From assembly GCA_041651115.1 (NCBI GenBank), contig JBAZJY010000001.1:197165-261164 (forward strand): DNA of 64,000 nt. The letters run 5' to 3'. Positions 18,876 through 28,868 of this stretch are shown one piece after another. A program made the position numbers and the translations under genes. Every line of letters starts with the position of its first letter. Positions within the stretch are counted from its first letter, which is position 1. The notes under the pieces are model-generated. The model saw nothing but the letters and a program-made list of their open reading frames with translations, did no database searches and had not been told where the DNA came from. The DNA is from Candidatus Omnitrophota bacterium (lineage in GTDB: Bacteria > Omnitrophota > Gorgyraeia > Gygaellales > Profunditerraquicolaceae).

Positions 18876-19508
18876 ATGGATTTATGGAAAATGAGCTTAT
18901 GGCGGCTATTTATTGCGGGAGGGCCGGTAATGTGGCCGATACTTCTGGCTTCTATTTTTGCTTTTGCGATCATATTGGAAAAATTCCTGCACCTTCATAA
19001 GATAAAGATCGACACGCAGGATTTTTTAAGTAAGATCCTGGAAAAAATGAAGCGTCACGAAGTAAAGGAAGCGCTGCAGATATGCGACTCTACCGCAAGC
19101 CCGGTTGCCCATATCTTGAAAGCTGGCATTTTGAAGTATGACCGGCCAAAGCCGCAGATAGTGGAAGCGATTGAAGACGCTTCGCTGTATGAGATCCCTA
19201 AGCTTGAAAAAAATATGCCGATGCTGGCAACTATCGGCCACATTGCCCCGCTGCTCGGGCTTTTGGGCACGGTAACCGGCATGGTAAGATGCTTTCAAAC
19301 CGTGCAGGCAAAGGCAATGACCGCGCATCCGGTTTTGTCCGCAGACCTGGCCGGAGGTATCTGGGAGGCGCTGCTTACTACCGTGGCCGGTTTGATTGTT
19401 GCCATACCCGCGTATGTAGCCTACAACTACTTAGTCAGCCGCATAAATAACTTTGTATTGGAAATGGAAAAGGCATCTACGGAACTGGTCAATTTCCTCG
19501 TGGAATAA
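18876..19508 (+). CDS. MotA/TolQ/ExbB proton-channel family protein
   Basis: 210 aa. It has three transmembrane segments and a conserved C-terminal region typical of TolQ/ExbB. Confidence 0.8.
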   Translation: MDLWKMSLWRLFIAGGPVMWPILLASIFAFAIILEKFLHLHKIKIDTQDFLSKILEKMKRHEVKEALQICDSTASPVAHILKAGILKYDRPKPQIVEAIEDASLYEIPKLEKNMPMLATIGHIAPLLGLLGTVTGMVRCFQTVQAKAMTAHPVLSADLAGGIWEALLTTVAGLIVAIPAYVAYNYLVSRINNFVLEMEKASTELVNFLVE

Positions 19509-19522
19509 TAAGGGGCGGCATT

Positions 19523-19921
19523 TTGAGGTTTAAAAAGCATATTGAGCTTGAATACGGGTTAAAGCAGATCGAGATTGCGCCCTTGATCGACGTGGTCTTT
19601 CTGCTGCTGGTATTCTTTTTGCTTACTTCCAATTTCGTTAACCAGCCGGGAATGAAGATAAGCTTGCCTAAGGCTTTAACGGCAGAGACCTTGTGGCCGC
19701 AAAGCCTTGAGATCGTGATCTCCGGGGAAAGCACAGTTTATTTCGACAATAAGCCGGTTACAGCCGGGGAATTAAAGAGCCTGATCAGCCAGGCAGGGCA
19801 AAGAGGGCAATCAGTAATGATCAAATCCGACAGGCGCGCAGCTTTGGGTAAAACCGTAGAGATCTGGGATCTTTGCCGGGCTTCAGGCATCAGCCAGACA
19901 AGCATTGCTACTAACGAATAA
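19523..19921 (+). CDS. ExbD/TolR family biopolymer transport protein
   Basis: 132 aa. A single N-terminal transmembrane segment (IDVVFLLLVFFLLTSNF) sits in a typical ExbD/TolR layout. Confidence 0.8.
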   Translation: MRFKKHIELEYGLKQIEIAPLIDVVFLLLVFFLLTSNFVNQPGMKISLPKALTAETLWPQSLEIVISGESTVYFDNKPVTAGELKSLISQAGQRGQSVMIKSDRRAALGKTVEIWDLCRASGISQTSIATNE

Positions 19922-20562
19922 TGACAAGCGCGTTTTTTAAAAAAAGTATTGCCATTTCATTGCTGGGCCATTTAACGGCTTTCAGCCTTTTTAGCGTTTC
20001 TTCCGGTATAAGGCCGATTCCTGCCGATTATGGAAAAATGGTGTTCCGGGGATGCGTGCTCACCGGGTTTGATTTTAACCGGCCTGTTATCAGCCGGTCA
20101 GCCGCTAGCAGGCTTAATCTGAAGCGTTTAACCGATAAGGCGGGTACCGAAGGCCTCAAGGCAGAGATAAAACCAACTGATGCTTATCTTGGCGGTGATA
20201 TAAAGCCGGCAGTTTTTGCTCCGGGAGCCCTTGAAAAACAGCCGTTCATTCCGGTGTTCAGCCTGCCGTCTGCCTTAAATAAACAAAGGACTGCGGTAAT
20301 GTTCTACCCGCGGCTACCGAATTATTTCAGCCTTTATTTTAAGGATAGGCAGGTGGTCCATATGGAGCTGATGTTTAAGGTATCTTCCGGCAGGCAGGGA
20401 AACCCCATTTCGGTCAAAAGAAAGATCTCTTCCGGTAACCTTGAAGCCGACCTTTTATGTATGCGCTATATCAACCATTATCTTTTTGTGCAGCAGAAAA
20501 CTTTTGGTTCCGGCACCTGGCAAAACGTAAAGATCGAGCTTTCTACGGCTTCGGGTAAATGA
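19921..20562 (+). CDS. TonB/TolA-like energy transducer (C-terminal TonB-like motif)
   Basis: It has an N-terminal membrane anchor. The C-terminus (ISSGNLEADLLCMRYINHYLF) resembles the TonB_C SSGN-ELD-AA...F motif. It is co-linear with the TolQ/TolR homologues. Confidence 0.4.
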   Translation: MTSAFFKKSIAISLLGHLTAFSLFSVSSGIRPIPADYGKMVFRGCVLTGFDFNRPVISRSAASRLNLKRLTDKAGTEGLKAEIKPTDAYLGGDIKPAVFAPGALEKQPFIPVFSLPSALNKQRTAVMFYPRLPNYFSLYFKDRQVVHMELMFKVSSGRQGNPISVKRKISSGNLEADLLCMRYINHYLFVQQKTFGSGTWQNVKIELSTASGK

Positions 20563-20780
20563 TTAACTTAGATTTCAGCACGGCAATCGCGGGCTATTTT
20601 TTAGTCTTTCTGGCGTTTATGCTGGTGATCTGGTTCTTGAACCGGCCGGAGAAGGATAAAGACCTTTCGCTTGACCCGAAAATGATCTGGTTCTGTTCCA
20701 TTTGTACCTATAATTATATTGATACGCGTCAGGAATCCGTCTCTGTCTGCCCGCGCTGCGGCAGCTATAACAAAAAGTAG
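20559..20780 (+). CDS. Small membrane-anchored zinc-ribbon protein (hypothetical)
   Basis: 73 aa. One transmembrane helix is followed by CSIC...CPRCG. Confidence 0.4.
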   Translation: MINLDFSTAIAGYFLVFLAFMLVIWFLNRPEKDKDLSLDPKMIWFCSICTYNYIDTRQESVSVCPRCGSYNKK

Positions 20781-20809
20781 TTGACACTAATAGAGCTTCC
20801 TTTTACAAT
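20781..20809 (+). promoter_or_regulatory. Near-consensus sigma70-type promoter
   Basis: TTGACA-17 nt-TACAAT. A GAGGAGGGG Shine-Dalgarno sequence and the ATG at 20830 follow. Confidence 0.45.
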
Positions 20810-20829
20810 AGTTTACGAGGAGGGGTAAA

Positions 20830-21036
20830 ATGATTACTGAAATCGGCATTGTGGCAGGCGAGATCTGGCATTTTCTAGACCAGCATGGGGAAGTTTCCTT
20901 TAATGCTTTAGTTAAAGGTATAGATAAGACTCCGGATATGGTCTTGATGAGCTTGGGTTGGCTTGCCCGGGAAGGCCACGTAGTAGTCCAGCAGTCCCAG
21001 GATACCTATAAGATCAGTTTAAGAAAGAACGCCTAG
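20830..21036 (+). CDS. Small winged-helix protein (DUF2582-like, hypothetical)
   Basis: 68 aa. IGIVAGEIWHFLDQHGEVSFNALVK...LGWLAREGHV is present. Confidence 0.45.
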   Translation: MITEIGIVAGEIWHFLDQHGEVSFNALVKGIDKTPDMVLMSLGWLAREGHVVVQQSQDTYKISLRKNA

Positions 21037-21040
21037 GCTA

Positions 21041-21484
21041 ATGTCTGAAAATCGGCCTAAAGGAGCAGCTTTATATCTAGTAATCGGCACATTGATCATT
21101 GTGCTGATTCTTGCCCGGGTTATCCTCGCGATCATTTTGAACCAGGCCACTATAAGCCGGCATCACACTACCCGTATCCAGGCATATTACGCAGCGCAGG
21201 CAGGAATGAATTACGCATTAGAGCAATTGCGCACCGGAGCATGGTATTATAACGATGCTGTTGACAACTCCTGCCCTAATGCGACTTCCGGTTGTGATAT
21301 AGATGAGTCAACGTTTCCTCCGTCTATCCTTCCCTTTAGCGGAGCAGATAAGCAATTTAAGGTTGTTTTCTGTCCCGGCGGTATAAAGTGCCCTCCGAGC
21401 GATAAAGTCTGCGTTCCGCCTGCAGGCTACAGTTTCTGCATAAATATTTCTGTTTTATACACTGCGCCGACAATCCCTTCATAA
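21041..21484 (+). CDS. PilX N-terminal domain-like pilus assembly/minor pilin protein
   Basis: 147 aa. The KGAALYLVIGTLIIVLILARVIL N-terminus resembles PilX_N. Cys pairs lie in the C-terminal part. Confidence 0.5.
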   Translation: MSENRPKGAALYLVIGTLIIVLILARVILAIILNQATISRHHTTRIQAYYAAQAGMNYALEQLRTGAWYYNDAVDNSCPNATSGCDIDESTFPPSILPFSGADKQFKVVFCPGGIKCPPSDKVCVPPAGYSFCINISVLYTAPTIPS

Positions 21485-21525
21485 GTAAATCTATTATAAT
21501 CTAAGTAAGTCTATTATAAAATTAT

Positions 21526-21552
21526 ATGCGCTTTTTTATAGCGCATTTTTTG
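21526..21552 (+). terminator. Weak hairpin plus T-run (possible terminator)
   Basis: ATGCGC-TTTTTTATA-GCGCAT followed by TTTTTT. The stem is short. Confidence 0.35.
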
Positions 21553-21600
21553 CTTTCGGTAAGTTTGAGTAAGTTTAAATAAAAATATAATAAAAAACAC

Positions 21601-21629
21601 TTGACAAAATTAGATTGTTATGTTCTAAT
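21601..21629 (+). promoter_or_regulatory. Possible sigma70-type promoter upstream of pilus cluster 1
   Basis: TTGACA-17 nt-TCTAAT. The -10 element is weak. The surrounding AT-rich region has direct repeats (AAGTAA[A/G]TCTATTATAA x2). Confidence 0.3.
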
Positions 21630-21679
21630 GAACTTCCCTGAAGATTGTTATAAAATACAGTAAAGGGATATAAAAACAT

Positions 21680-21868
21680 ATGTCACGACTTATTGATATT
21701 GATGAGTTGGCGCAATACCTAAAGCTGAAAAAGCAGACAATCTATAATTGGCTGTCCGACGGCAAAATTGCCGGTATTAAAGTCGGCGGAGTATGGCGGT
21801 TTGACCGCAGGGAAATTGAAGCATGGTTAAAGACTAAGCGGCGGTCCAATAAAACAGGAGCAGCTTGA
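21680..21868 (+). CDS. Excisionase-family helix-turn-helix DNA-binding protein
   Basis: 62 aa. IDELAQYLKLKKQTIYNWLSDGKIAGIKVGGVWRF is HTH_17/Xis-like. It is the first gene of the pilus cluster. Confidence 0.6.
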   Translation: MSRLIDIDELAQYLKLKKQTIYNWLSDGKIAGIKVGGVWRFDRREIEAWLKTKRRSNKTGAA

Positions 21869-23394
21869 TGGGATCATTAGGGCTATACTTTGGCCCCAAG
21901 GTGATTAATATAGTGGAAGCCAAAGGAAAAAAGATCGTGAATAACGTCAGCCTGCAGACTTCCAGCCTTTCTACGGCAGGGTTAGAAGATAAGGTTCCGG
22001 ACGAGGTAAAACTGGTCGCGCTTCTAAAGGACGAATTGAGGAAAAACCGCATAGAGAGCAAAGATGCCGTGATTGCGCTTTCCGGAGCAGACTTGATCAT
22101 CAGGACATTTGAGATACCGGTCCTGCCTTCCAAGGAGCTTGCCGGGGCAGTATATTTTGAGGCAAGAAAATACATCCCCTTTAAGATTGAAGAGCTTGTT
22201 TCCGACTTCCAGGTAATGCTCTCCCGGACAAAACGGGCATATTTAGTCATGTTCATGGGTATTAAGGTAGATACGCTGGAAAGATATTTTTCCATTCTGG
22301 GACAATGCGGCATAAAAATAACTTCTATTGAGTATTCTGCGTTTAGCATCATGCGGTTAATGGACCTGTGCGGTTTAAGGGAAAAGGGCGTTGTCGGGCT
22401 GGTAAATTTTGATTCCCGCGAAGAAGAGGACGCGGATTTTACGGTCATAGATAACGGTTTCCCGGTATTCGGCAGGGATATGCGTTTTTCTTCCCGGACA
22501 GTTGAACAAGCCAAGACGCCTGAAGATAAGGGGATGATGCTGGAAAAATTAAAAACCGAGATCCGTATTTCCCTTGATTATTACACCCATAAATTCCCTA
22601 CCAAGAAGGTTGGGAAAATGTTCCTTATCGGCAATCCCGATTCCAGCAGTGTTATTGAAGGGTTTGCCCAGAAGCTTGACCTTGGTTTCAAGTATATTGA
22701 TCCTTCAGGGATAGGGGGAATACCTGCTAATCACACCCTGGGGCTTTTGAAAGCATACAGCAGCGCGCTGTCACCCGTAATAAAAACAAAAGTCACGATC
22801 AATATTCTTGCGGCATGGCAAAAAATAAAGCGGGTAAAAGAGCTTACCGGCAAATCAAAGGATATTACTTCGTACCTGTTTGCCGGGCTTAGGATAGACG
22901 CCAGGGTCGTAGTCATCGCGATAGTAATTTCATTCGCCGGCTTTATTTTCGGCTCGCTTCAGAAAAAGCCGCTTCAGGAAGAGTTAAGGCAGATGGCTGC
23001 TTCCATGCCCGCCACTGCCGCGCGCACCAGTTATGAAGAGTTAAAGGCAATGGAAGGCAAGCTTAACGCGCAGATCTCGCTGATGAACAACCTTTTAAAA
23101 GGCCAGACTTACGTTACGCCTTTATTATCGGCCCTCTCAAACCTTACGCCCGATGGGATATGGCTGAAAGACCTTTCTTTCGGTAAAACCGATAAAGCGC
23201 GTCTGACATTGAACTGCATGGCTTATTTTAACGACAGTAATCGGGAACTGGAGACTGTGCAGGCTTTTCTTAAGTCGCTGCAAACAGACCAGAGGTTTAC
23301 GAAGGTATTCAAAAATATAAGCCTGGAAACCATAGATACGGTAGATTACAAGGATAAAAAAGTTTCAAGTTTCCGGATCGTCTGCCAGGAATAA
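21865..23394 (+). CDS. pilM: Type IV pilus assembly PilM-PilN fusion protein
   Basis: 509 aa. An N-terminal actin-like PilM domain of about 330 aa is followed by a transmembrane segment (VVVIAIVISFAGFIFGSL) and a PilN-like periplasmic coiled-coil domain. Confidence 0.65.
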   Translation: MMGSLGLYFGPKVINIVEAKGKKIVNNVSLQTSSLSTAGLEDKVPDEVKLVALLKDELRKNRIESKDAVIALSGADLIIRTFEIPVLPSKELAGAVYFEARKYIPFKIEELVSDFQVMLSRTKRAYLVMFMGIKVDTLERYFSILGQCGIKITSIEYSAFSIMRLMDLCGLREKGVVGLVNFDSREEEDADFTVIDNGFPVFGRDMRFSSRTVEQAKTPEDKGMMLEKLKTEIRISLDYYTHKFPTKKVGKMFLIGNPDSSSVIEGFAQKLDLGFKYIDPSGIGGIPANHTLGLLKAYSSALSPVIKTKVTINILAAWQKIKRVKELTGKSKDITSYLFAGLRIDARVVVIAIVISFAGFIFGSLQKKPLQEELRQMAASMPATAARTSYEELKAMEGKLNAQISLMNNLLKGQTYVTPLLSALSNLTPDGIWLKDLSFGKTDKARLTLNCMAYFNDSNRELETVQAFLKSLQTDQRFTKVFKNISLETIDTVDYKDKKVSSFRIVCQE

Positions 23395-23404
23395 GGGGAG
23401 CAGG

Positions 23405-23926
23405 ATGGATATTAATAATATTATCAGCTATCGGAACCGGGCGGTAAATATCGGGATCATTGTCCTGGCAATCGCCATAAGTTACGGCATGTATAATAAG
23501 CAGTTGGCCGTTATTGAATCATTGAAACACACTAAGGATACAGAGATAAAAAAGAATACTGCCTTAGGCGGGATAGCTGAGTTGGAAAAGCGGGTGAAAC
23601 TTTACAGGGATTTTGTCAACAAGAAGGATTCATCAACCTTGATCAACAGCTTGAACCGGATCGCCCGCGAGGCAGGCATAAATATTACTTCGCTTAAGCC
23701 GGGAAGGCCGCAGGATTTCCCGATGTATGCGAAAGATTCGTTTTCGATTGTCATTACGGCCAAGAGTTTTAACCAGCTGGCGCGGTTTATAAGCAGGCTG
23801 GAAAGCCACACGGATATTTTTATTATCGAGAACCTTAGTGTCAGGCCGTCCGGCCGCTTTGAAGAAGGGGAGAGCAAAGATTTCTTGAGTGCGGACTTAA
23901 CGGTCAACACCGTAACTTTTAAATAA
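23405..23926 (+). CDS. pilO: Type IV pilus assembly protein PilO-like
   Basis: 173 aa. An N-terminal transmembrane helix is followed by a coiled coil and a PilO-like periplasmic domain. The gene sits between pilM/N and pilP/Q. Confidence 0.55.
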   Translation: MDINNIISYRNRAVNIGIIVLAIAISYGMYNKQLAVIESLKHTKDTEIKKNTALGGIAELEKRVKLYRDFVNKKDSSTLINSLNRIAREAGINITSLKPGRPQDFPMYAKDSFSIVITAKSFNQLARFISRLESHTDIFIIENLSVRPSGRFEEGESKDFLSADLTVNTVTFK

Positions 23927-23948
23927 CGGGGGCAGGGCGCAAAAAGAC

Positions 23949-24425
23949 ATGAGAAGGCCGAAAGCATCCATAGCGGTATTGATTCTTGGGGCATTGATCT
24001 TGCCGGCTCAAGCGCTTTTAGCCGAAGACAAGCCATTGGTACCGGAATCGCTTGTTAAAGAACTAAGGCCAAGTATGGAATTTACAGGCGAAGAATCAAG
24101 AGAGCCGTTCAAAGACACCCTTTATCAAATTAAAGAACCGGAAAAAGTTGAAACTAAGCCGGTAGCAAAAGAACAGCGGCCTGCCTTGCCGCAGATGACG
24201 GTACAGGGCATAATCTGGGGTAGCAGTATTCCCTGCGTTATCATTAATAATCAGGTATATAAAGAAGGTGACACAATAAGCGAGGTTAAAATCACTAAGA
24301 TCGGCAAAGAAGGCATCGCGGCTGAATATAAGGGCTGGGATTATAACCTTTCTTCGCCGGCGGCAGTTGCAATTGCGATTAAAGACCCTATTAAAAACCC
24401 CAAGGAGGGAAAAAATGAAAAATAA
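23949..24425 (+). CDS. pilP: Type IV pilus assembly protein PilP-like
   Basis: 158 aa. A signal peptide and an SREPF motif are present. It lies immediately upstream of the secretin. Confidence 0.5.
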   Translation: MRRPKASIAVLILGALILPAQALLAEDKPLVPESLVKELRPSMEFTGEESREPFKDTLYQIKEPEKVETKPVAKEQRPALPQMTVQGIIWGSSIPCVIINNQVYKEGDTISEVKITKIGKEGIAAEYKGWDYNLSSPAAVAIAIKDPIKNPKEGKNEK

Positions 24426-25905
24426 TCTGCGGTTGGCGGCTTTCATTTTTGCGATCGTTACCGGGTTATTTTTGCCCCGGCTCAGCGCCGAAGAGGAGCT
24501 TCCTTTTCCAAACCCTGAGACGGTTATATCGATGGATTTTAAGGATGCCAGCCTTAAGGACATCCTGAAAATATTCTCTATTCAGTCAGGGCTTAATTTT
24601 ATCGCCAACGAAGGCCTGCAGGAGCGCAAGGTAACGCTTTACCTTGATAAGGTCGCGGTAAAAGAAGCGATTGATAAGCTTTTCAAGGCGAATAACCTGA
24701 GCTATGAACTGGATAAACAGGCAAATATTATTTTAGTCAAGGACTGGGGCACTGCCGGCGTAGAGACCGTAACGCGGGTCTTTACCCTTAAATATGCCAC
24801 AGTTTCTTCTTCAACGCTGGTAAGCGAAAAGGCATCGGCTTTAGGCACAGAGGCCGGAGGAAGCGCGGGAATCACCGTCGTGATCAAGAGCCTGCTTTCA
24901 GGCGCCGGCTCGGTGATCGAAGATCCGCGTACCAATAGCTTGATTATTACGGATATCCCCAGTAAAATAGTTACGATTGCGCGGGCGATCGCAGCCTTGG
25001 ATATATCAGTGCCGCAGGTAATGCTGGAAGTGGAGATGCTTGATGTCAGCAAAAATACCACGGATAAGCTCGGCATTAAGTTCGGCCAGTCGCCAATAAC
25101 CTTAAGTACGTCTTTGACAATGGCGACTATTGCCACCAGGTTCCCCTTTGGGCAGGTAGCAGGAGCTAAATCAACCATAGCCCCGGGGAGCTTTAATCCT
25201 ACCAGCTCGCCTAGCACTTACACGATAGTGTTGGATTTTCTTAAAACCCAGTCAGATACAAAGTTTCTTGCCCGGCCGCGCATCCTGACGTTGAATAATG
25301 AAACAGCGGAGATCAAGATCGCGACTCAAGAATCTGTAGGCCTTGTGGCAACAACAGCATCGTCCGGCGGCAGTGCAACCGGCACCTCTACATCTGAAGC
25401 GGAGAGAGTGGAAACCGGCGTGCATTTAAGGGTAACCCCGCAGATCAATCTGGAAACCGGCGAGGTAACGATGTTTATTAATCCCAAGGTTGCAGAAGCC
25501 GTGGCGGGAAATCCCTTTAGCGCGGGTAACAGCGGCACATTCCAGTACCGCGACCCTGAAGAACGCAGCACCAAGTCGATCGTGCGCGTAAAAGACGGGG
25601 AAACCGTGATCATTGGCGGACTGATCCGTAAAAAGGCCAATGAAACGCTAACTAAGCTTCCGTTTTTGGGGGATATACCGATATTTGGAAAAATATTCAC
25701 CCATAAGAACAAAGATGAAGACCGGGAGCGCGAATTATTGGTTTTTATCACTCCCCATATCATCAAAGATTCCAGCGTAGAGATAGCGCAGGCGCCGGTA
25801 GCACCGATACTTGTGCCGGAGAGGGAACAGGCAGTTCTTTCCGGTGTCGGCCGCCAGGCGGTAATCAGCAATTCATTAAACGCATTTGAAAGAAAAAATA
25901 AATAA
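24415..25905 (+). CDS. pilQ: Type IV pilus secretin PilQ
   Basis: The ATG at 24415 follows an AAGGAGGG Shine-Dalgarno sequence. The secretin C-domain is recognisable from VRVKDGETVIIGGLIRK, LPFLGDIPIFGKIF and LLVFITPHII. Confidence 0.85.
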   Translation: MKNNLRLAAFIFAIVTGLFLPRLSAEEELPFPNPETVISMDFKDASLKDILKIFSIQSGLNFIANEGLQERKVTLYLDKVAVKEAIDKLFKANNLSYELDKQANIILVKDWGTAGVETVTRVFTLKYATVSSSTLVSEKASALGTEAGGSAGITVVIKSLLSGAGSVIEDPRTNSLIITDIPSKIVTIARAIAALDISVPQVMLEVEMLDVSKNTTDKLGIKFGQSPITLSTSLTMATIATRFPFGQVAGAKSTIAPGSFNPTSSPSTYTIVLDFLKTQSDTKFLARPRILTLNNETAEIKIATQESVGLVATTASSGGSATGTSTSEAERVETGVHLRVTPQINLETGEVTMFINPKVAEAVAGNPFSAGNSGTFQYRDPEERSTKSIVRVKDGETVIIGGLIRKKANETLTKLPFLGDIPIFGKIFTHKNKDEDRERELLVFITPHIIKDSSVEIAQAPVAPILVPEREQAVLSGVGRQAVISNSLNAFERKNK

Positions 25906-27623
25906 TGGCTAAAGAGAGATATTTAAGATTAGGAGAGCTTTTAGTCCAGGAAGGATTGATCTCAAGCAGCCAGCTTGAAAAGGCGATTTCCGTACAAAAG
26001 CAGGAAGGCGGCAGGCTGGGCGAGATTTTGATCAAACTGGGCATGGTCAAAGAAGACCAGATGGTCGCGGTCCTGGGAAAACAGTTTAACATTCCGTATT
26101 TTTCTCTTGGTACCGGGATGCTTAAGCCGGCCAAGGACCAGGAATTAGAGCATCTTATACCGCAGGATTTTGCCTATAAGAATTCGGTCATACCGTTGTC
26201 ACGGACGCTTAACTCGCTTACCGTAGCGATGTCTGATCCGTTGGATATAATTTTACTGGATAACTTAAAAAGGCTTACCGGCTGCGAGATCAATTCGGTC
26301 ATTGCCACAAAATCGGATATTAATAAAGCGATTGAAGAGTTTTACGGCAAATCCGCGATGTTTAAGGAAGCGGTTGAGGCTTCTTATGACGCTACCGGTT
26401 CCGGCGAAGCGCTGGAGATCGAAACAACCGAGCCGGAGTTAAGCCTTGATAAGTTGATCGCCCGCGCCGAAGAAGCGCCGGTGGTAAAGCTGGTAGACTT
26501 GATCATACGGCAGGCGATCGATGAGCGCGCTTCCGATATCCATATTGAGCCGTTCAAGGATAAGATCTCACTGAGGTACCGCATCGACGGAAAATTATAC
26601 GAAATACCCCCGCCGGCAAAGTACCTTCATTTACCGATAATTTCCCGTATAAAAATATTGAGCAAATTGGACATTGCCGAAAAGCGCCTGCCGCAGGACG
26701 GCACGCTGATGGTAAAGGTAGAGGACAGGCCGATAGATATCAGAGTTTCTACTATCCCCACTATTTACGGAGAGAAGATTGTTTTGAGGATACTTGACCG
26801 CAGCGCAGTGGTCCTGGACTTGGCTCAACTGGGTTTTGAAGGCAAGCAGCTGGAAATAATGCGTAAGCTGATGTATTCGCCTTATGGCCTGATTTTTTGC
26901 ACCGGGCCTACGGGAAGCGGAAAATCTACGACCCTCTACGCGGTATTGAATGAAATTAAAGGCCCGACTAAGAATATCGTGACTATTGAAGACCCTGTAG
27001 AATATAAGCTGGAAGGGATCAACCAGGTGCAGGTCAAGCCCGAAATCGGCCTTACGTTTTCCAGCGCCCTGCGCAGCTTCTTGCGGCAGGACCCTGATAT
27101 AATGCTGGTTGGAGAAGTTAGAGACCTGGAGACTGCCCAGATATGCGTGCGTTCAGCGCTTACCGGCCATTTAGTTTTGAGCACCCTGCATACCAATGAC
27201 GCGCCTTCAGCCGTTACCCGTATCATTGACATCGGTATTGAGCCATACCTGCTTGCCCCGTCGTTAATAATGATCATTGCGCAGCGATTGATCAGGAAAT
27301 TATGCCCGGATTGTAAAGAGGCGCAGGAGCCTACGGCCGAGCAGTTAAAAAGCGTAAAACTTAAGACCGACCTGATCTATAAGCCTAAAGGTTGCCAGAA
27401 ATGCGGCCAGACAGGTTTCAGGGGCAGGACTTGTATTTCCGAAGTCATGGTGCTTAACGAAGAGATCAGAGAGCTTGTGAATCAGAGAGCGTCCTTTACG
27501 AAAATAAGGGAAGTGGCGCGCGCCAGCGGAATGCAGACCCTTTATGATTCGGCGATCAAAAAAGTAGAAGACGGATCCACGTCCTTAGAAGAAGCGCTTT
27601 CCATAGTCATCGGGGGCGACTAA
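25905..27623 (+). CDS. pilB: Type IV pilus assembly ATPase PilB (GspE family)
   Basis: 572 aa. An N-terminal GSPII_E_N domain, Walker A GPTGSGKSTT and a tetracysteine CPDC...CQKC motif are present. Confidence 0.9.
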   Translation: MAKERYLRLGELLVQEGLISSSQLEKAISVQKQEGGRLGEILIKLGMVKEDQMVAVLGKQFNIPYFSLGTGMLKPAKDQELEHLIPQDFAYKNSVIPLSRTLNSLTVAMSDPLDIILLDNLKRLTGCEINSVIATKSDINKAIEEFYGKSAMFKEAVEASYDATGSGEALEIETTEPELSLDKLIARAEEAPVVKLVDLIIRQAIDERASDIHIEPFKDKISLRYRIDGKLYEIPPPAKYLHLPIISRIKILSKLDIAEKRLPQDGTLMVKVEDRPIDIRVSTIPTIYGEKIVLRILDRSAVVLDLAQLGFEGKQLEIMRKLMYSPYGLIFCTGPTGSGKSTTLYAVLNEIKGPTKNIVTIEDPVEYKLEGINQVQVKPEIGLTFSSALRSFLRQDPDIMLVGEVRDLETAQICVRSALTGHLVLSTLHTNDAPSAVTRIIDIGIEPYLLAPSLIMIIAQRLIRKLCPDCKEAQEPTAEQLKSVKLKTDLIYKPKGCQKCGQTGFRGRTCISEVMVLNEEIRELVNQRASFTKIREVARASGMQTLYDSAIKKVEDGSTSLEEALSIVIGGD

Positions 27624-28858
27624 TGCCAATTTTTCTTTACACGGCAAGAGACCGCGCGGGGAAAAAAATCTCCGGCGCCGAAGACGCGGGCAGCGCCGAT
27701 GAACTTACCAGCCGGCTTCAGGCAAAAAACCTCATCATCATAAATATTACCCCCCAGGCAAGGCAATTTAAGCAGGCCGCGAGAACTGAAGTAACGATCT
27801 CAGAAAAAAAGGGCAAGCATTGGGGCGTCAGGGAATCCGACTTGGTATTATACTGCCGCCAGCTGGCAACATTGCTGGGAGCAGGCGTTACGATATTAAA
27901 ATCCCTGGAAATAATCCAGAAGCAGGTTGCCAGCCGTAAGCTTTACAATATGATACGGGTGATGATCAGGGATATGGAAGCCGGCCTGAGCCTGCATGAG
28001 GCAATGGCCAAGCACCCGAAAATTTTCTCCGAATTGTGGATTAACCTTGTAGAGAGCGGAGAAGCAAGCGGAAACCTTGCCATTGTTTTAACCAGGCTGG
28101 CGAATTACCTGGAACGCAATGCCGACTTCAAGAAAAAGGTGATTTCCGCGCTGATCTATCCGGCGATCCTTGTGGTCGCGGGCTTGAGCGCGCTGCTCTT
28201 TCTTACCGTAAAGATCCTTCCGACCTTTGTGGAAATATTCAAAGGTTTTAACATGACGCTTCCCGCGTTAACCCAAGCTTTGGTTTCAATAAGCGAATTT
28301 ATCAGGAAGTACTTATTTTTGATGTTTGCCGTAAGCATCGGAGCGGGTTTCTTATTCAGGAGTTATGTAAGGACGGGAAACGGCAGGAGGGTGTTTGAAA
28401 GGTTCTTGTTCAAGCTGCCGGTATTCGGGGATTTCTTTCACGCGCTGGCGATCGAAAGGTTTTCTTCGGAAATGGCCACGCTCATAGAAAGCGGCGTGCC
28501 GATCCTGTTTTCTCTGGAGATCGCCGAACGCAGCGTAGGCAACCTGATCGTAGCGGATATTGTGCGCCAGATAAAGGAAAATGTCCGTGACGGGAAATCC
28601 TTAAGCCAGCAGTTGGAAAACAGCGGGTTTTTTGACCCGATGGTCGTACAGATGGTGGCAGTCGGCGAAGAGATCGGAGAATTGTCCCAGATGTTCAAGC
28701 GGGTAAACGCTTTTTACGAAGATTTCGTCTCTACTTTTCTTACCCGTTTTACGGCAATGTTTGAGCCGGCAATGCTTTTGTTCATGGGCGTGGTCATCGG
28801 CATTATGGTAGTCGGGATGTTCTTGCCAATATTGAAGTTATCTCAGCTGGGCGGATAA
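27623..28858 (+). CDS. pilC: Type IV pilus platform protein PilC (GspF family)
   Basis: 411 aa. It has a duplicated GspF domain architecture with three transmembrane segments. Confidence 0.88.
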   Translation: MPIFLYTARDRAGKKISGAEDAGSADELTSRLQAKNLIIINITPQARQFKQAARTEVTISEKKGKHWGVRESDLVLYCRQLATLLGAGVTILKSLEIIQKQVASRKLYNMIRVMIRDMEAGLSLHEAMAKHPKIFSELWINLVESGEASGNLAIVLTRLANYLERNADFKKKVISALIYPAILVVAGLSALLFLTVKILPTFVEIFKGFNMTLPALTQALVSISEFIRKYLFLMFAVSIGAGFLFRSYVRTGNGRRVFERFLFKLPVFGDFFHALAIERFSSEMATLIESGVPILFSLEIAERSVGNLIVADIVRQIKENVRDGKSLSQQLENSGFFDPMVVQMVAVGEEIGELSQMFKRVNAFYEDFVSTFLTRFTAMFEPAMLLFMGVVIGIMVVGMFLPILKLSQLGG

Positions 28859-28868
28859 TGAAAACTAT

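Noticed and set aside
21834-22514. 226-aa minus-strand ORF
   Set aside because: It is antisense to the well-supported pilM domain, with no motifs and no start context.
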